From Macrostomum lignano (Eukaryota): DNA of 64,000 nt. Every line of letters starts with the position of its first letter. Positions within the stretch are counted from its first letter, which is position 1. The position numbers and the translations under genes are program-made. Below, in pieces: positions 27,701 through 39,984 of this stretch. The stretch spans positions 1 to 64,000 of the forward strand of contig NIVC01001701.1 in NCBI GenBank assembly GCA_002269645.1, read 5' to 3'. A model generated the notes under the pieces. That model saw only the letters and a program-made list of their open reading frames with translations, ran no database searches and had not been told where the DNA came from.

Positions 27701-30027
27701 TCACCTGTATGTTCACAGTCCGCTGTTTGTTCACGGTCACCTGTATGTTCACAGTCCGCTGCTTGTTCATGGTCACCTGTATGTTCACAGTCCGCTGTTT
27801 GTTCACTGTGTTCATGGTCACCTGTATGTTCACAGTCCGCTGTTTGTTCACGGTCACCTGTATGTTCACAGTCCGCTGTTTGTTCACGGTCACCTGTATG
27901 TTCACAGTCCGCTGTTTGTTCACGGTCACCTGTATGTTCACAGTCCGCTGTTTGTTCACGGTCACCTGTATGTTCACAGTCCGCTGTTTGTTCACTGTGT
28001 TCACGGTCACCTGTATGTTCACAGTCCGCTGTTTGTTCACTGTGTTCATGGTCACCTGTATGTTCACAGTCCGCTGTTTGTTCACTGTGTTTACGGTCAC
28101 CTGTATGTTCACAGTCCGCTGTTTGTTCACTGTGTTCATGGTCACCTGTATGTTCACAGTCCGCTGTTTGTTCACTGTGTTCACGGTCACCTGTATGTTC
28201 ACAGTCCGCTGCTTGTTCATGGTCACCTGTATGTTCACAGTCCGCTGTTTGTTCACTGTGTTCACGGTCACCTGTATGTTCACAGTCCGCTGTTTGTTCA
28301 CTGTGTTCATGGTCACCTGTATGTTCACAGTCCGCTGTTTGTTCACTGTGTTCATGGTCACCTGTATGTTCACAGTCCGCTGTTTGTTCACTGTGTTTAC
28401 GGTCACCTGTATGTTCACAGTCCGCTGTTTGTTCACTGTGTTCATGGTCACCTGTATGTTCACAGTCCGCTGTTTGTTCACTGTGTTCACGGTCACCTGT
28501 ATGTTCACAGTCCGCTGTTTGTTCACGGTCACCTGTATGTTCACAGTCCGCTGTTTGTTCACGGTCACCTGTATGTTCACAGTCCGCTGTTTGTTCACGG
28601 TCACCTGTATGTTCACAGTCCGCTGTTTGTTCACTGTCATCTGACTGTTCACGATCACCTATCTGTTCACTGTCACCTGTATGTTCACGGTCACCTGACT
28701 GCTCAAGGTATTTTTGTCTGTTCAAGTGGTAGTCTGTCTGTTCACGGTAGACTGGCTGTTCACTGTTGTCTGCCTGTTCACTGTAGTCTGTCTGTTCACT
28801 GTAGTCTGTCTGTTCACAGTAGTATTCTGTCTGTTCACAGTAGTCTGTCTGTTAATTCACTGTAGTCTGCCTGTCCACTGTAGACTGGCTGTTTATGTGG
28901 TAGTTTGTTTTGTCACACCACACTAAGGGCTGGTCGCAGCGGTTCATGCGCCAGTTGCATCGCACGCAATTTCAGAGAGATTCCTCATTCGGAATCCCCG
29001 CCCCGAAAATACCTCTCAAATATTCGAGGCCACGCGTTCATACATTTGCCGGGATGTTCGATAAAAAGCTCGCAGCTGCAGAGCGACTTCAGGAATTTGC
29101 CGGCGGAGGGCTGGCTGGCTGGCCTGACTGGGCCTGCAGCCCGGGCCCGTTACTCATGCGCCAGCACCTCTTTTTTTCTTCACAGTGCGTTCGGAACTGG
29201 GCCGCTGCGCTCCCAGTACTTCGTTTCTAATTACAGTATATCCTCTCCGTAAACAGTGAGGAATAAGCGAGGAAAAAATCCCAATAGTAGTTTATGAAGA
29301 TCGAAATCCTCTGTCTGCAACTGAAAGTCTGCAGTGAATCAGAGGGATTGGTCAGCGCTGTCAGATGGGCGCTCGGTCATGCAAAGCTCCCATCCGCCCC
29401 TTCCAGATCCTCCCAAAACTCCCTCCAGATCCTCCCAATATTCTCATCCGCCCCTCCAGATCCTCCCAATATTCTCATCCGCCCCTCCAGATCCTCCCAA
29501 TGTTCTCATCCGCCCCTCCAGATCCTCCCAATGTTCTCATCCGCCCCTCCAGATCCTCCCAATATTCTCATCCGCCCCTCCAGATCCTCCCAAAACTCCC
29601 ATCCGCCACCAACACCAATCCACGCGCATCAGCATCCTTTCCCCTTAGTGAAACCCCCATAGCCAAACTCCATATTTCGATGCTCAAGACATGCAGCCCA
29701 TTTGAACTGCACCGCACCGCAGAGCGGCTCATTCTGGATGACAGCGGCCAGCTGTACAGCCTGCAGCACAAGCTGATCGAAGTGCTGAAGGTCCACTGCT
29801 GCAGCGGATGCGTCGCCCAGACTAGACGGGACTCGACCTACTTGAGCAGTCTGCTCAAACTGCGCCACGCTGTGCGCAGCAGCGTCCGCCAGTCGCTCCT
29901 ACCAGCCATGACGGCCGACCCGTCCTCTGTGCTGCTGCGCAACGCGCCGCCGAAACTGCGGGACGCCCTCGGCTGCGCAGCGGACGCTGCGGTGGCATTT
30001 GGCAACTTCAACAAGCCATCCAGCTGA
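23861..30027 (+). CDS. NR4A: NR4A (Nur77/Nurr1/Hr38) nuclear receptor, about 739 aa; join(23861..23878,24071..25090,25775..25904,26210..26753,26909..27111,29723..30027)
   Basis: [29 protein letters not shown]|[11 protein letters not shown]...[21 protein letters not shown]|[17 protein letters not shown] (NR4A-diagnostic extension); [18 protein letters not shown]...ARAAYR; consistent GT-AG phases; 2220 nt. The start codon and first exon are less certain. Confidence 0.92.
25310..25565. repeat. 18-bp minisatellite in NR4A intron 2
   Basis: Unit GGTGAATCGTCAGGAATT. Confidence 0.95.
26040..26190. repeat. 32-bp minisatellite in NR4A intron 3, 5 copies
   Basis: GACCCACTACTCAAACCACCAG at 26042, 26074, 26106, 26138 and 26170. 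Confidence 0.92.
27120..28690. repeat. 36/45-bp minisatellite with 243-bp higher-order repeat in NR4A intron 5
   Basis: Unit CACGGTCACCTGTATGTTCACAGTCCGCTGTTTGTT with or without 9 bp; a variant marker recurs at 27275, 27401, 27518, 27644 and 27761. Confidence 0.96.
29395..29605. repeat. 31-bp minisatellite in NR4A intron 5
   Basis: Unit CCAGATCCTCCCAATATTCTCATCCGCCCCT. Confidence 0.92.
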
Positions 30028-32779
30028 ATTCGAAGGAATCAAAGAGGCGCTTGATCGAGAGATGAGCCTCTTTGATGTCTGGACTACCCCGGAGAAACAG
30101 GCGGAGCTATCGGATGGCATTGACAGAGACATAAAGCACGCGTCTTGGGTCTCAATTAGACCTGCTGAAAATAGCCGATTTCGAATTCTATTTTTAGAAG
30201 CCAGGGGATTCCCCCGAGAAACATAGGACTACCCCATTGACTGGGTGGCGCGCGGCGTCATAGACAGCACTATATTTTTCCAAGCCCCAGGAGATTTTGT
30301 GGCCGAAAGTAACGGGAAAGGTTCCTCTAAAAAATCGATACGGAAAGCTCTAGGAAAAGTCACTTGAGGGAGGAATTTCATTTTCATCTCCCGCCGCTTT
30401 GTCCGCTTTGAAGAGTCTGAAGCAATGCTGTCACACCCTTAACCTGCTTTCAGCCCTTGCAGAGCCTTGAAACTGACCCCCTGCTTGCTTGATCAAGTGT
30501 CAAAAGCTGACAGCTTAGTTACTATTTCATATTATTTTTCCACTCCAAATAACTGCTTTTTTGCGCTTTTTACCCAACTGTCTATGTGTAGGCCTTTTGT
30601 CAGCGCTCGCCGGAGGAGCCGCTTGCTTTCCACCTGCGACCTGAGCGGTTTGCCCGCTTTAACGCATTCTCACCAAGCCAGCATGCTTTTCTGCGACTTT
30701 GCCACTTTTTCTACACTGCGCGTTCAGTTCAATTTGTTTTTGGGGTGTCGAAATGCGTGTGTAGCGCTGCGAACACAGCGATCTGTACATGCGCAGGCAA
30801 AATCCTCAATTCAATAGAGAAATGGTTGCATTAGTAAATTGGATTTTGCAGGCACCTCTGAATGCATAGTGAACCAGCTCCATGCTCCAGGACCATTGCT
30901 GTTTTAGCTTTTTCCTTCCTTACCTTTTGACTATGATTTCTTACTATTAGAGCGAATTCCTGCGGTTTTTATGTTACAGTACACAATATTTAAAATTTGC
31001 TGAGCATTAGCACTGGAACCATACCAAAGCCAACCCTGTACGCCTAATAACACATCTAGTTTCTGTTTGTTTTGCCCCGCACTCCAGCTCCAAACCCATG
31101 CCTGCACAATGCCATTCTTTATCGACATTCGCGCGTCCCACTCTCTCCTGTGCGCCGGTCAGCGGCCCCCGCTGCACTCCGCATGCTTATTTATTCACGC
31201 CCACGCGGTGCCTCGGCCTCTGCCTTCTCTTTCTCTGTGCTGCGCGACAGGCTTGGAATTGTGGAATAAAAACTGACAAACCATCTAGCTGTGAAGATTT
31301 ATTGTAATTAGTTACTGGCCGTCTGTTGCGAATGAGTGGCATCGCTGAGTAATTCTGCAACGGCTGTCACTTCTGTGCCTTCTGTGCTTGGGTTAATTCT
31401 TTGCGACTTCTTTCAGCCGGGGCAGCCACCGCGCTCTCCGCAACCCGTCAGGACTGTGATGAACGTGCGACCGAAAGAAAAACTGTATTTTTCAAAAGTA
31501 TCATAAATCATATAATAAGTATGCATCAGTCAAGAGAGGGGCGAGGGTTGCTGAGCATTCGATAGCAATAGCAACGTACATGATTGAGATGCAGGTGAGA
31601 AAACAATACAATACAATTACAAGTATTTTTATTGTATGAAATTCACGAAGTTAACGAAGTTAACGAATTTAACGAGTATTTAACGAATTATCGCTGACAT
31701 CTCTCTCTCTCTCTCTCTCTAAAAAAGAAACACAGAGCGGAATTAAAGTCAATTGCTGTAACGAATTATCGCTTTCGAAACATTGCATTATTCGCACATT
31801 AAGGCATTTGCGAACACTCAAAAAGTTTTTTGTTCTTCAAAAATGAAGGAGTTTGTCAAAAATGAAACAGACTTTTGGGGTACACAAACCATAGAGTGTC
31901 AGCTATGAAGCAACTCTGTCAAAATAGAATCGGACTTTGCGGCCCGACCAGTCAGGCTATTTGAGTCTGTGCGTGTAAAAGGATGGAGAAAAATAAATTT
32001 TATCAATACTTGTAGATCCCAAAAGCAAAGTCAGAATGAGCTGATTTTGCACAGATAACTTTCCCCTGTTCAGGCTTTCATTGGATTACTTTGTTATCGC
32101 GAATTCTCCCAGGAGAAGTTGACTAAAAGTGCATTATCAAATTGAACTAGAGTTTTTCTAAATTGAAGCTTGATCTGTCAATATTGATTTTAGATTTCGA
32201 GTGCCCGACCATAGTGTCAATATTGAAGAGGAGTTTGTCGGTTTCAAAGTACTCCTTGTTCAAAATCGAGGGTAAAATGGTGTATTTCAACAAGGAGTAC
32301 AAAACATTTTGAATCTTTTTCTCAGCAACCAAGTCAGCGGATTAAACCTAATCTTTGCTTTGAAAATCCATGTAACAGTCCTTGAAAACAAACAAAGTTC
32401 ACCGTCCGCATTACTCACACGTCATGTCTGTACCGGAGAGGCGGAATGCCCTAATTTGTGGCCCTGACAGAGCGGCGCAGTGGCTCTTCAGGCTCCGCAA
32501 GATCTGATGCCGCCAACTCATCGCCGGCCAGAGCCGCTTGGGCCGCCAGTTGGACGTCTTCGGCTTCAGCAGTGGACTGCTGCGACGGCACTGATCACAG
32601 CTCCCGGCGATTGCGAATCAGCTCCCTGTCGCTTTGAGTCAGCAGTTGATAGGTGCGGCGCTCCGGGTCAGCTTGCGTCACAACAGCTGGCTCCCATCTG
32701 AAACCGTGCCGAAAACAAACTGCATCTCCCCGATTCAGTGTTGAGAGCGGTCGGGCTTGCTGGTCGTAGTGCCGTTTTT

Positions 32780-34100
32780 GAGCAGCCTGCAGCGGGGCTT
32801 TGGAGAATCCGGTTGTTTAGTCTTTGAGCAGTGCCTCCTCACCCGCTGGCAGCTTCGTCCGAATCAACCGACCGAACATGAGCTCGAACATGAGCTCGCT
32901 GGGGCTGGTGCTCGTACCGCTAATTGGCGAAGCTCGATATTCCATTAGCGCAATTTCGGACCGATTGGCTTTCCTCAGGATGTTCTTTGCCACCTTGACT
33001 GCCTTCTCAGCCATTCGTTGGACTGCGGGTATCCGGGTGACGAGCGCGTGTGCACGAAACCAAACTGTGCAGCAAACTCTTGAAACTTAAACGAGCTGAA
33101 TGGGGGCCCATTGTCACTGACCAGCTCTTCGACGATACCGAACCTGGCGAACATTGACTTAATTCGAGCAATCACCAGGTCAGCTCCAGACTGTTGACCT
33201 AATTTGTTCGATCCAGTTGCTGTAATAGCAGCTGGTAACGACTAGCCACTTGTCGCCATTGAAGTCCAGCAGATCACAACCAACCTTGGTCCATGGTGCA
33301 TTCGGAATCTGATGGTTCAACAGCGGTTCCTTTGGGTTGGCCGGCTGAAACGTCTGACATGCGCCGCAGTGCTTCACGAAGTTCTTAATGCCCTCTGACA
33401 TGCCTAGCCAGTACAGAATTTGAAGCCTCCGTATTGCCCGCGCCAGCATGACCGTGGTATAAAATTGGCAGAATCTTCTGCCGCAACGATGCTGGAACAA
33501 TAACGCGATCCAACTTCATCAGCACGCCATCATTGTTGGTCAAGTCCTCCTTGAAACTCCAATACTGACGGACAGAGTGGCAAATGTTCCGAAAGTTACT
33601 TGGCCAACCCGCCTGAACCAACCGGGCTACAGCCCTCAAGTCTGAATAGTAGTAGGAAAATGGTACAGTCTGGTGCACGTCCACGTCCAGGAGCCAATCA
33701 GCGAGGAGGAGCCAATCAGCGAGGAGGAGCCAATCAGCGAGGAGGAGCCAATCAGCGAGGAGGAGCCAATCAGCGAGGAGGAGCCAATCAGCAAGGAGGA
33801 GCCAATCAGCGATGGGGAGCCCCCTGGATGTGGTTGAGTGTCCATTGGTTAAGTGTCCTCTACTCATGCGTTTCAAGAACGATGTGATTGATCAAAAGGG
33901 CCCGTTTCAGCAAAGGGTCCGATTGCTTGGAGTTTCCGAGTGGAAGAGATATTATTGGTCGAGAAAGCATTTAGAAGTAATTTCCTCGGAATTTCCTAGC
34001 AATGCGAGGGAGGGATTCTACTGGTCGAGGGGCCCCTGGTGGTCCCAGTACTGGGATTTGTTTGGTCAAAACACCCAGCGTCAGAAGGGGTCCAGGACCC
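32780..34100 (-). mobile_element. Degenerate Ty3/Gypsy pol remnant (RNase H end plus integrase)
   Basis: Frameshifted pieces: GWP...YWSFKEDL...VIVPASLRQKIL..HGHAG; YW.GMSEGIKNFVKHCGACQ (HHCC finger); PWTKVGCDL; FARFGIVEELVSDNGPPF...SSPGYPQSN; AEKAVKVAK...EYRASP...SPSELMFGRLIRT. No LTRs identified. Confidence 0.9.
33688..33812. repeat. 18-bp minisatellite, 7 copies, each containing AGCCAATCAG
   Basis: GCCAATCAGC at 33693, 33711, 33729, 33747, 33765, 33783 and 33801. Confidence 0.95.
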
Positions 34101-34689
34101 TTTGATGAGGACGCACTTTTTCCCAAATCCCGCGCTAGCACATGGGCTCTAAACTTACTTGCCTACTAACAGTGGGCAAGGGGCATTTTTATCCTTTTTC
34201 TGCGGATAGTCATAGAATCAATACTAGATATAATGTCTGGCCATACTAGTAGTCATAATAACATAGGCATAGCTTTTGGGGTCATAAATCATCGCTTTCG
34301 AAGCTGGTCTGACAGCCACCTGCGCCTCACTCAGTGTTGAGGCGGGCGCCAGATGGTCTGAGAGGATGCGGGCGGTAGCTTTTTTCTCATCATTTTGACA
34401 GGCCATCAAGATTTATGAGGTCAAAGCCTATTGTTCGTGTTCACTCAAGCGTGTGACAGCTTTGACAGCTATGCGTTTTACCCCTAAAAGTACTTTGGGA
34501 TTAGCGATTAGCAATTTCTCTTCATTATCTTCACTTTCTATTTAATAAGAGCTTTCTAATGTATATTTTTTCATTAATTTCTGTCAATCCTACGCGAAAA
34601 GTCATAAATCATTTTGTTGCGATTTTGAGTGATTTATGGCCGCACCTGTCATCTTTTTACGACCCTGTGGGAACTGATAGGATCTCTCG

Positions 34690-34825
34690 GTCACGTGATT
34701 CTGGGTAGCAACAAGCTTAGCCAATCAGAAAATTCGGCGCTCATTTTAACAAAACGGCTCAGCCAATCAGAATCGACGTGTTCCATTATAACAAACTGCG
34801 GTCCAGTTGGCGGCTATTTAAACCG
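34690..34825 (+). promoter_or_regulatory. Pol II promoter-like module (E-box, two CCAAT, TATA-like)
   Basis: CACGTG at 34692, AGCCAATCAGA at 34719 and 34761, TATTTAAA at 34815. No recognisable gene follows. Confidence 0.4.
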
Positions 34826-37109
34826 AAGTTTTTGGCCCGCTCGGACCCCAACTTTCCGGACCTGGTGCCCGGAGCTCTCACTCTTGCTCGGGCCCAGCAC
34901 GCAACTTCTGGTTCCCGGAGCGCGACCGTCGTTTCTTGATCCCCGGATTGCGACTTCCCCCCATCATCATCAAGGACGAATCCCCCGGTCGTCAGCAGCG
35001 AACATCAAGCGAAGATCACCACCTGCTAGCTATCAGCGAAGATTGTGTCAGCATCATCCCGAGTCTACAGCTGCGAAGCATCGAGCCGATTCGGTCACTG
35101 TGGATTTCCTGGTCTCCGGCTGTTGAGTTTCTGATTGGTTGGGTGAGAGGCTACCTAGACTTGCTTGGTCGGGTGATTCCCTATCTGTCCCCTGTTTCAG
35201 TAGCTGGATTAGGCGCACACTTTTGCTCATTTTGTTCAGTAGTGCTGTTGCTGAGGCAGAAATCATTCAATAATACTGCTAGTAGTCTAAACTCCAATTC
35301 AATCTGAAGTGTGAAGTGATCTAAGGAGAAGGTTAAATCTAACAGTTATTTTTATCGGTTTTATTTCTTTGTTCGCCGATGGCTCAGATGAGTAGCTAAG
35401 CTAGTAGGCGCTACTCGCAGTGGACCAATGGCAAGGCGGTTCTCAGTCGATCAATCTATCAAACTAGTGAGCAAAACTGCCAGAAGTGCAGAATCGGCGC
35501 CAGAGATGTACTTTGTGCACTCTAGGTTAGCCAAGCGGCTCGGGTAATGAATCATGCGGTCTCTGAAGTTCGAGTTAGTCTATCATCAGCGCTATGAGAG
35601 GCTAGTTAGCGCGTTGAAGGCCAAAAGTACATATCTTCGTATTTAGCAATGTAATAGTACATGTAGCTACCCCATAGACTCGCCACTGCAAGAATCCCCT
35701 GCACAAGTCCCCTCTGTACCTGCATGGCCAATGCGATCTAGTCCCAGCAGTGTCCCAGCTATGACTTCGAGATTGACAGCAAAAAGACACTAGTTGGCAG
35801 GTAAGTGCAAAGCCCCTTCTAGTCGGAAGCCCGATTTCGAGAGTCCCGGTGTGGTGAGCCAGGACGCACGGGCTGGTGGCAGCGAGTTAGCTTAGTCTGC
35901 GGATTAGCTAATTTCTACCTTCAAAATTCTCCCTGCTTGTCTCTCGCTGTCCCTCTCTTAGCTATAGGACCTAGACTGCTCGCCACACGATCAAGCTACC
36001 ATGGGGCTGACCATCTGACAGGAGTGGGGGGCCAGGACTCTAATTGATTTATTTCTGAGGCCTGAGGCCCGAAGGCATCCTCACAAGGGGCCTGAAAGGT
36101 CGAAACCCATCACCTTTATAAACACAGCACCTTGCGCTCGCTATGCTTCATGCCATTTTTTTTAAATGACAAATATTTATGATGGCGTTCATATGGTTAT
36201 CGCATCAGCCTGGTACCAGACACACGGACAATCAGTATTCGAAAGTGTTTCAAGTCTGGCGAGGATCATCGGCCCGATCTGCCCGGCATGGAGCTCACCA
36301 TCCATCGATTCCGACACCTGGCCAGCTTGAAACAGCGCTTGGAGGAGTTCGCTGACAGGAAACTCGATGTGCAATGCCTTCTGGGTGGCAACAGGCAAGT
36401 GCATGGTGGTCCAAGATGGTGCAATCTCACTCTGGTGTCTTCCAACAGTGCTCGGTCTGTGTCGGAGCTGACAGTGCCTCTTCAGTTTTCCACATTAAGT
36501 TTAGCGCAAGAGAGGCAAACGCCAATGCAGAAAGTGAAAAAAAAGAAATGTTTTAAAGTGACATTTACGCAGGAGATGGTGAGCACCTCTTGATATTGTT
36601 TGCTGCACCACAGACGGATGAAAATAACATGACCCACTGCTTTTCCGCTTAAAATATACTACAGTTAGGCAGGAACGCTAACCTTATGGTTATGCAGAGT
36701 TTAAGGTACGTAGATACGAGCGTATCATCGTGACTGCATTGGCACCACCGAGTCAAAAGCTTGAGCGTGTGTGCAATATACTAGTAGCTCAGTAGCTGTC
36801 AGAAGCACTCAAATATTGATTAGAAGATTTTAACAAAGGGAAGTGATCTTTACAGTCATACATTGGCCATAAGAAGTTAGTATCAGACATTGAACCTAAG
36901 TATGGAAACATTGCACAATAACGGTAAACGAAAAACATTTGTTTTTTTGTTTCAAAATTACATGTGTACTGGTAACAAACGCAGAAGGAGTAAATAAGAC
37001 TCTTTTTGCTTTCCTAACACATCAACAGAGTTATCATCTGCAGTGACATTTTGCAAGCAACTGCCTGAGTATTGATAAATCAAAGTTCAGAACAATTTTG
37101 CTATAGCTC

Positions 37110-37306
<197 letters not shown>

Positions 37307-38296
37307 GGCGAGGTGGCGAGCTGAGCGAGGCGGTTGATGCGCGAAGGCAGCCAGGCGGATAGGATTAATAAGCGGGTGCAATGTCTGGGCCGGAGGCCGC
37401 CGGCGTGGAGGAGCATCGGGTGCACCCGAATCTGGCGACAGAGGGGTGAACTTGCGATCCGACTGGAAACTTGAACTCCCCGAATAGCTCTAACACAACC
37501 AAGGCAAAACATTCGAGTCTGAGCTAACCTCCCCCAGCCGGAGCAACCATGCAGCTGGATGTATAATGAGTTACAAAGCAAAATGATAAGTAGCCTACCG
37601 TGATATCGTGTGTAAGCCCTTAGAAATAAACACGCGCCTCGGCGTTATAGCTCGTGTCTGCCCTCTGCAGCCCATCAATATTGGTATATCATATTTTATG
37701 TCCGCAAATTAGCGGGCAGAAAATGACATTAACTGCCCGGTAATTTACGGGAAGTTTAATAAGAGTTTCACATACGAGCTCTAATTGCGAAAAGCTTCGT
37801 TTTCATCAAATGAAAGTGTCTTGTAGTGATCCGCTAGTTTGGTGTTAGGCGTCGCACTATTGTCAGCAGCTTCCCTCGCCCTCGCCCTCGCCCTGGGTTG
37901 CTGTCTGCCGCTGGGCAGCTTCCTCCCTTTTTGGCCAACTGGCCAACAACCGCAGCAACCCCCAGCCCAGTGTAAACACTGCCCCCCCCGGAAAACCGGG
38001 CCGAGAGCGAGAATGCCGCCCAGGTCGCGGCCCCGCCCTCGACCATGGAGACCATCCGGGAGGAGCCCATGGAACTGGAGCCTGGAGCCATTGGCGAGGC
38101 GGAAGAGGCAGCTCTCCTGCACAACTCGCCTTGAGCCGGCAGGAAGCTGCGCGGACCACTCGTGGAATCCCCAGAAGACTTGGTCTCGAAGCTTTCGTTA
38201 CAAAGAAAGACTGCTCAGGTTAACCCAATATATTCTAAGAGAGAATTCCAATCAAAACTCGACACACTTGATAGGATTCCCCGGATTCCCAAGCTG

Positions 38297-38765
38297 TTTG
38301 TTGTTTTGCATCACTGCCTGTTGTTTTGCATCACTGCCTGTTGTTTTGCGTCACTGCCTGTTGTTTTGCATCACTGCCTGTTGTTTTGCGTCACTGCCTG
38401 TTGTTTTGCATCACTGCCTGTTGTTTTGCGTCACTGCCTGTTGTTTTGCATCACTGCCTGTTGTTTTGCATCACTGCCTGTTGTTTTGCATCACTGCCTG
38501 TTGTTTTGCATCACTGCCTGTTGTTTTGCATCACTGCCTGTTGTTTTGCAAAACTGCCTGTTGTTTTGCATCACTGCCTGTTGTTTTGCAAAACTGCCTG
38601 TTGTTTTGCATCACTGCCTGTTGTTTTGCATCACTGCCTGTTGTTTTGCATCACTGCCTGTTGTTTTGCATCACTGCCTGTTGTTTTGCAAAACTGCCTG
38701 TTGTTTTGCATCACTGCCTGTTGTTTTGCATCACTGCCTGTTGTTTTGCATCACTGCCTGTTGTT
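38297..38765. repeat. 20-bp minisatellite downstream of NPF
   Basis: Unit TCACTGCCTGTTGTTTTGCA. Confidence 0.96.
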
Positions 38766-38945
38766 TCATAGAACAAACATTTTCCCAGCCTCTTGACACG
38801 CCAAGAATAGACAATAGTTAAAAAGCTGGAAGCTGAGGATTTGCCAAGCCAGTCAGTTGGCTGCATCACTAGCGGGTGTATTTCCACTTCTGTGCTTCGA
38901 TGCGTTCAAACAAAACGAGCCGACGCTCTCAGCAGGCCGCCCGCG

Positions 38946-39715
38946 TCACGGCGTGTCGGACCGCTTGCCGAACCTGCAAATTGCAGCGGTGCGAGATTGT
39001 TGCTGAGGATCTCGGGATCACCCATAGCTCGGGGCATTCGAGTTCTCCAGCTCTTCCCGCCCACACCGCCACTGAGGCGTCAAGCTACAGAGGCGGAGGC
39101 TGAATGCTGTGCTGAGCACAGGCAAAGCAGCAGAGTCTGCTATTGTTTCTGGTGCAGCTTCTGACGAGCGCGTCTGGTCGTATCTGGTTTTTTGTCTCAA
39201 TCCTTTTCTCAAATATCCTCTTTCTAGCTGACTCAGCCGTAAATATCTCCCTGCCAACTCATGGGTAAAATGAGAGTTTTAGGGCCGGGGAACCTACTGC
39301 TACATTTCCATGTACACCCCTCAAAGACCAGGGCCGCAGAGCTTTCTTCCCTGCTTCAACTGGCCAAAGCAGCACCCTAAGCATCAAGAGCGCTGCTATC
39401 AAGACACATCCAATTCACCTCTAGATTACTCAACCAGCCCTGCACTTCAACTCAAAGTAACATCTTAAATTTCCGCACAAACCAGTGGCTCACCTGGGCC
39501 GAGCGATGAGGCTCATGTAGCTGCGCAGGTTCTTCAGGTATTCCTTGAACTCCAGCTCCGCGGGCCGGCTTCTGCACGCGGTCGCTCGGGTCGCTCAGCT
39601 GCTCGCGTTTGTCCCAGGCCGGGCTGGCCCCACCGCCCGAGGCCTGCAGCAGCACCAGCAGGTGCACGAGTCCCAGCAGGATGAGGGCCCTGGAACCGGT
39701 TGTCAATGCCGACAT
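38946..39715 (-). CDS. NPF: Neuropeptide F/Y (NPF) precursor with 1-nt frameshift; complement(join(38946..38973,39494..39715))
   Basis: Signal peptide MSALTTGSRALILLGLVHLLVLLQASG and dibasic KR site, then in a shifted frame ELEFKEYLKNLRSYMSLIARPR|F-GKR-SDTP*. The intron (38974-39493, GT-AG) splits the Arg codon AG|G, as in NPY/NPF genes. Exon 1 is 222 nt where 221 or 224 is needed. Confidence 0.88.
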
Positions 39716-39823
39716 TGCTCAGAAGGTTCTTAACGAATTAGGAGAGAAGGTTCCGGACTTCCGAATCTCTGTTGCGGGGCTGTAGTTTGGAGGGCTGCAG
39801 CGGCGGTAACGGGTTGCACCAGC

Positions 39824-39866
39824 TTTAAATACCTGTGCACTTCCCCGCGCTTGTGCGCAGCCAATC
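39824..39866 (-). promoter_or_regulatory. Putative NPF core promoter
   Basis: Minus-strand TATTTAAA at 39824-39831, about 110 bp upstream of the ATG; CCAAT box at 39859-39866. Confidence 0.55.
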
Positions 39867-39984
39867 GGAAATTCTCGTTAAATATTTAATAACGGGAAAA
39901 GCATTTTCAGCCTCGCTCGCTTCCTTAATTTTCCAATCTGGAAGCTGTTTGCGACATTGCGACGCCATTGCTACACCAGACTCA

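Noticed and set aside
26937-28865. 642-aa His-rich ORF ([12 protein letters not shown])n and overlapping 500+ aa ORFs
   Set aside because: A 36/45-bp intronic minisatellite open in several frames. Only 26909-27111 is a real NR4A exon, ended by a GT donor.
32147-32332. 61-aa minus-strand ORF next to the Gypsy remnant
   Set aside because: No recognisable motif and nearby frames are stop-rich; left unassigned.
36050-36110. Hammerhead ribozyme-like motif (GGCCTGAAAGGTCGAAAC)
   Set aside because: A stem II and GAAAC are present, but no intact CUGANGA box is correctly placed and stems I and III do not form.
39571-39602. Micro-intron explanation for the NPF frameshift
   Set aside because: GT-AG options remove 6 or 9 nt (frame unchanged); the frame-correcting option is a 28-nt GC-AG with a poor donor.
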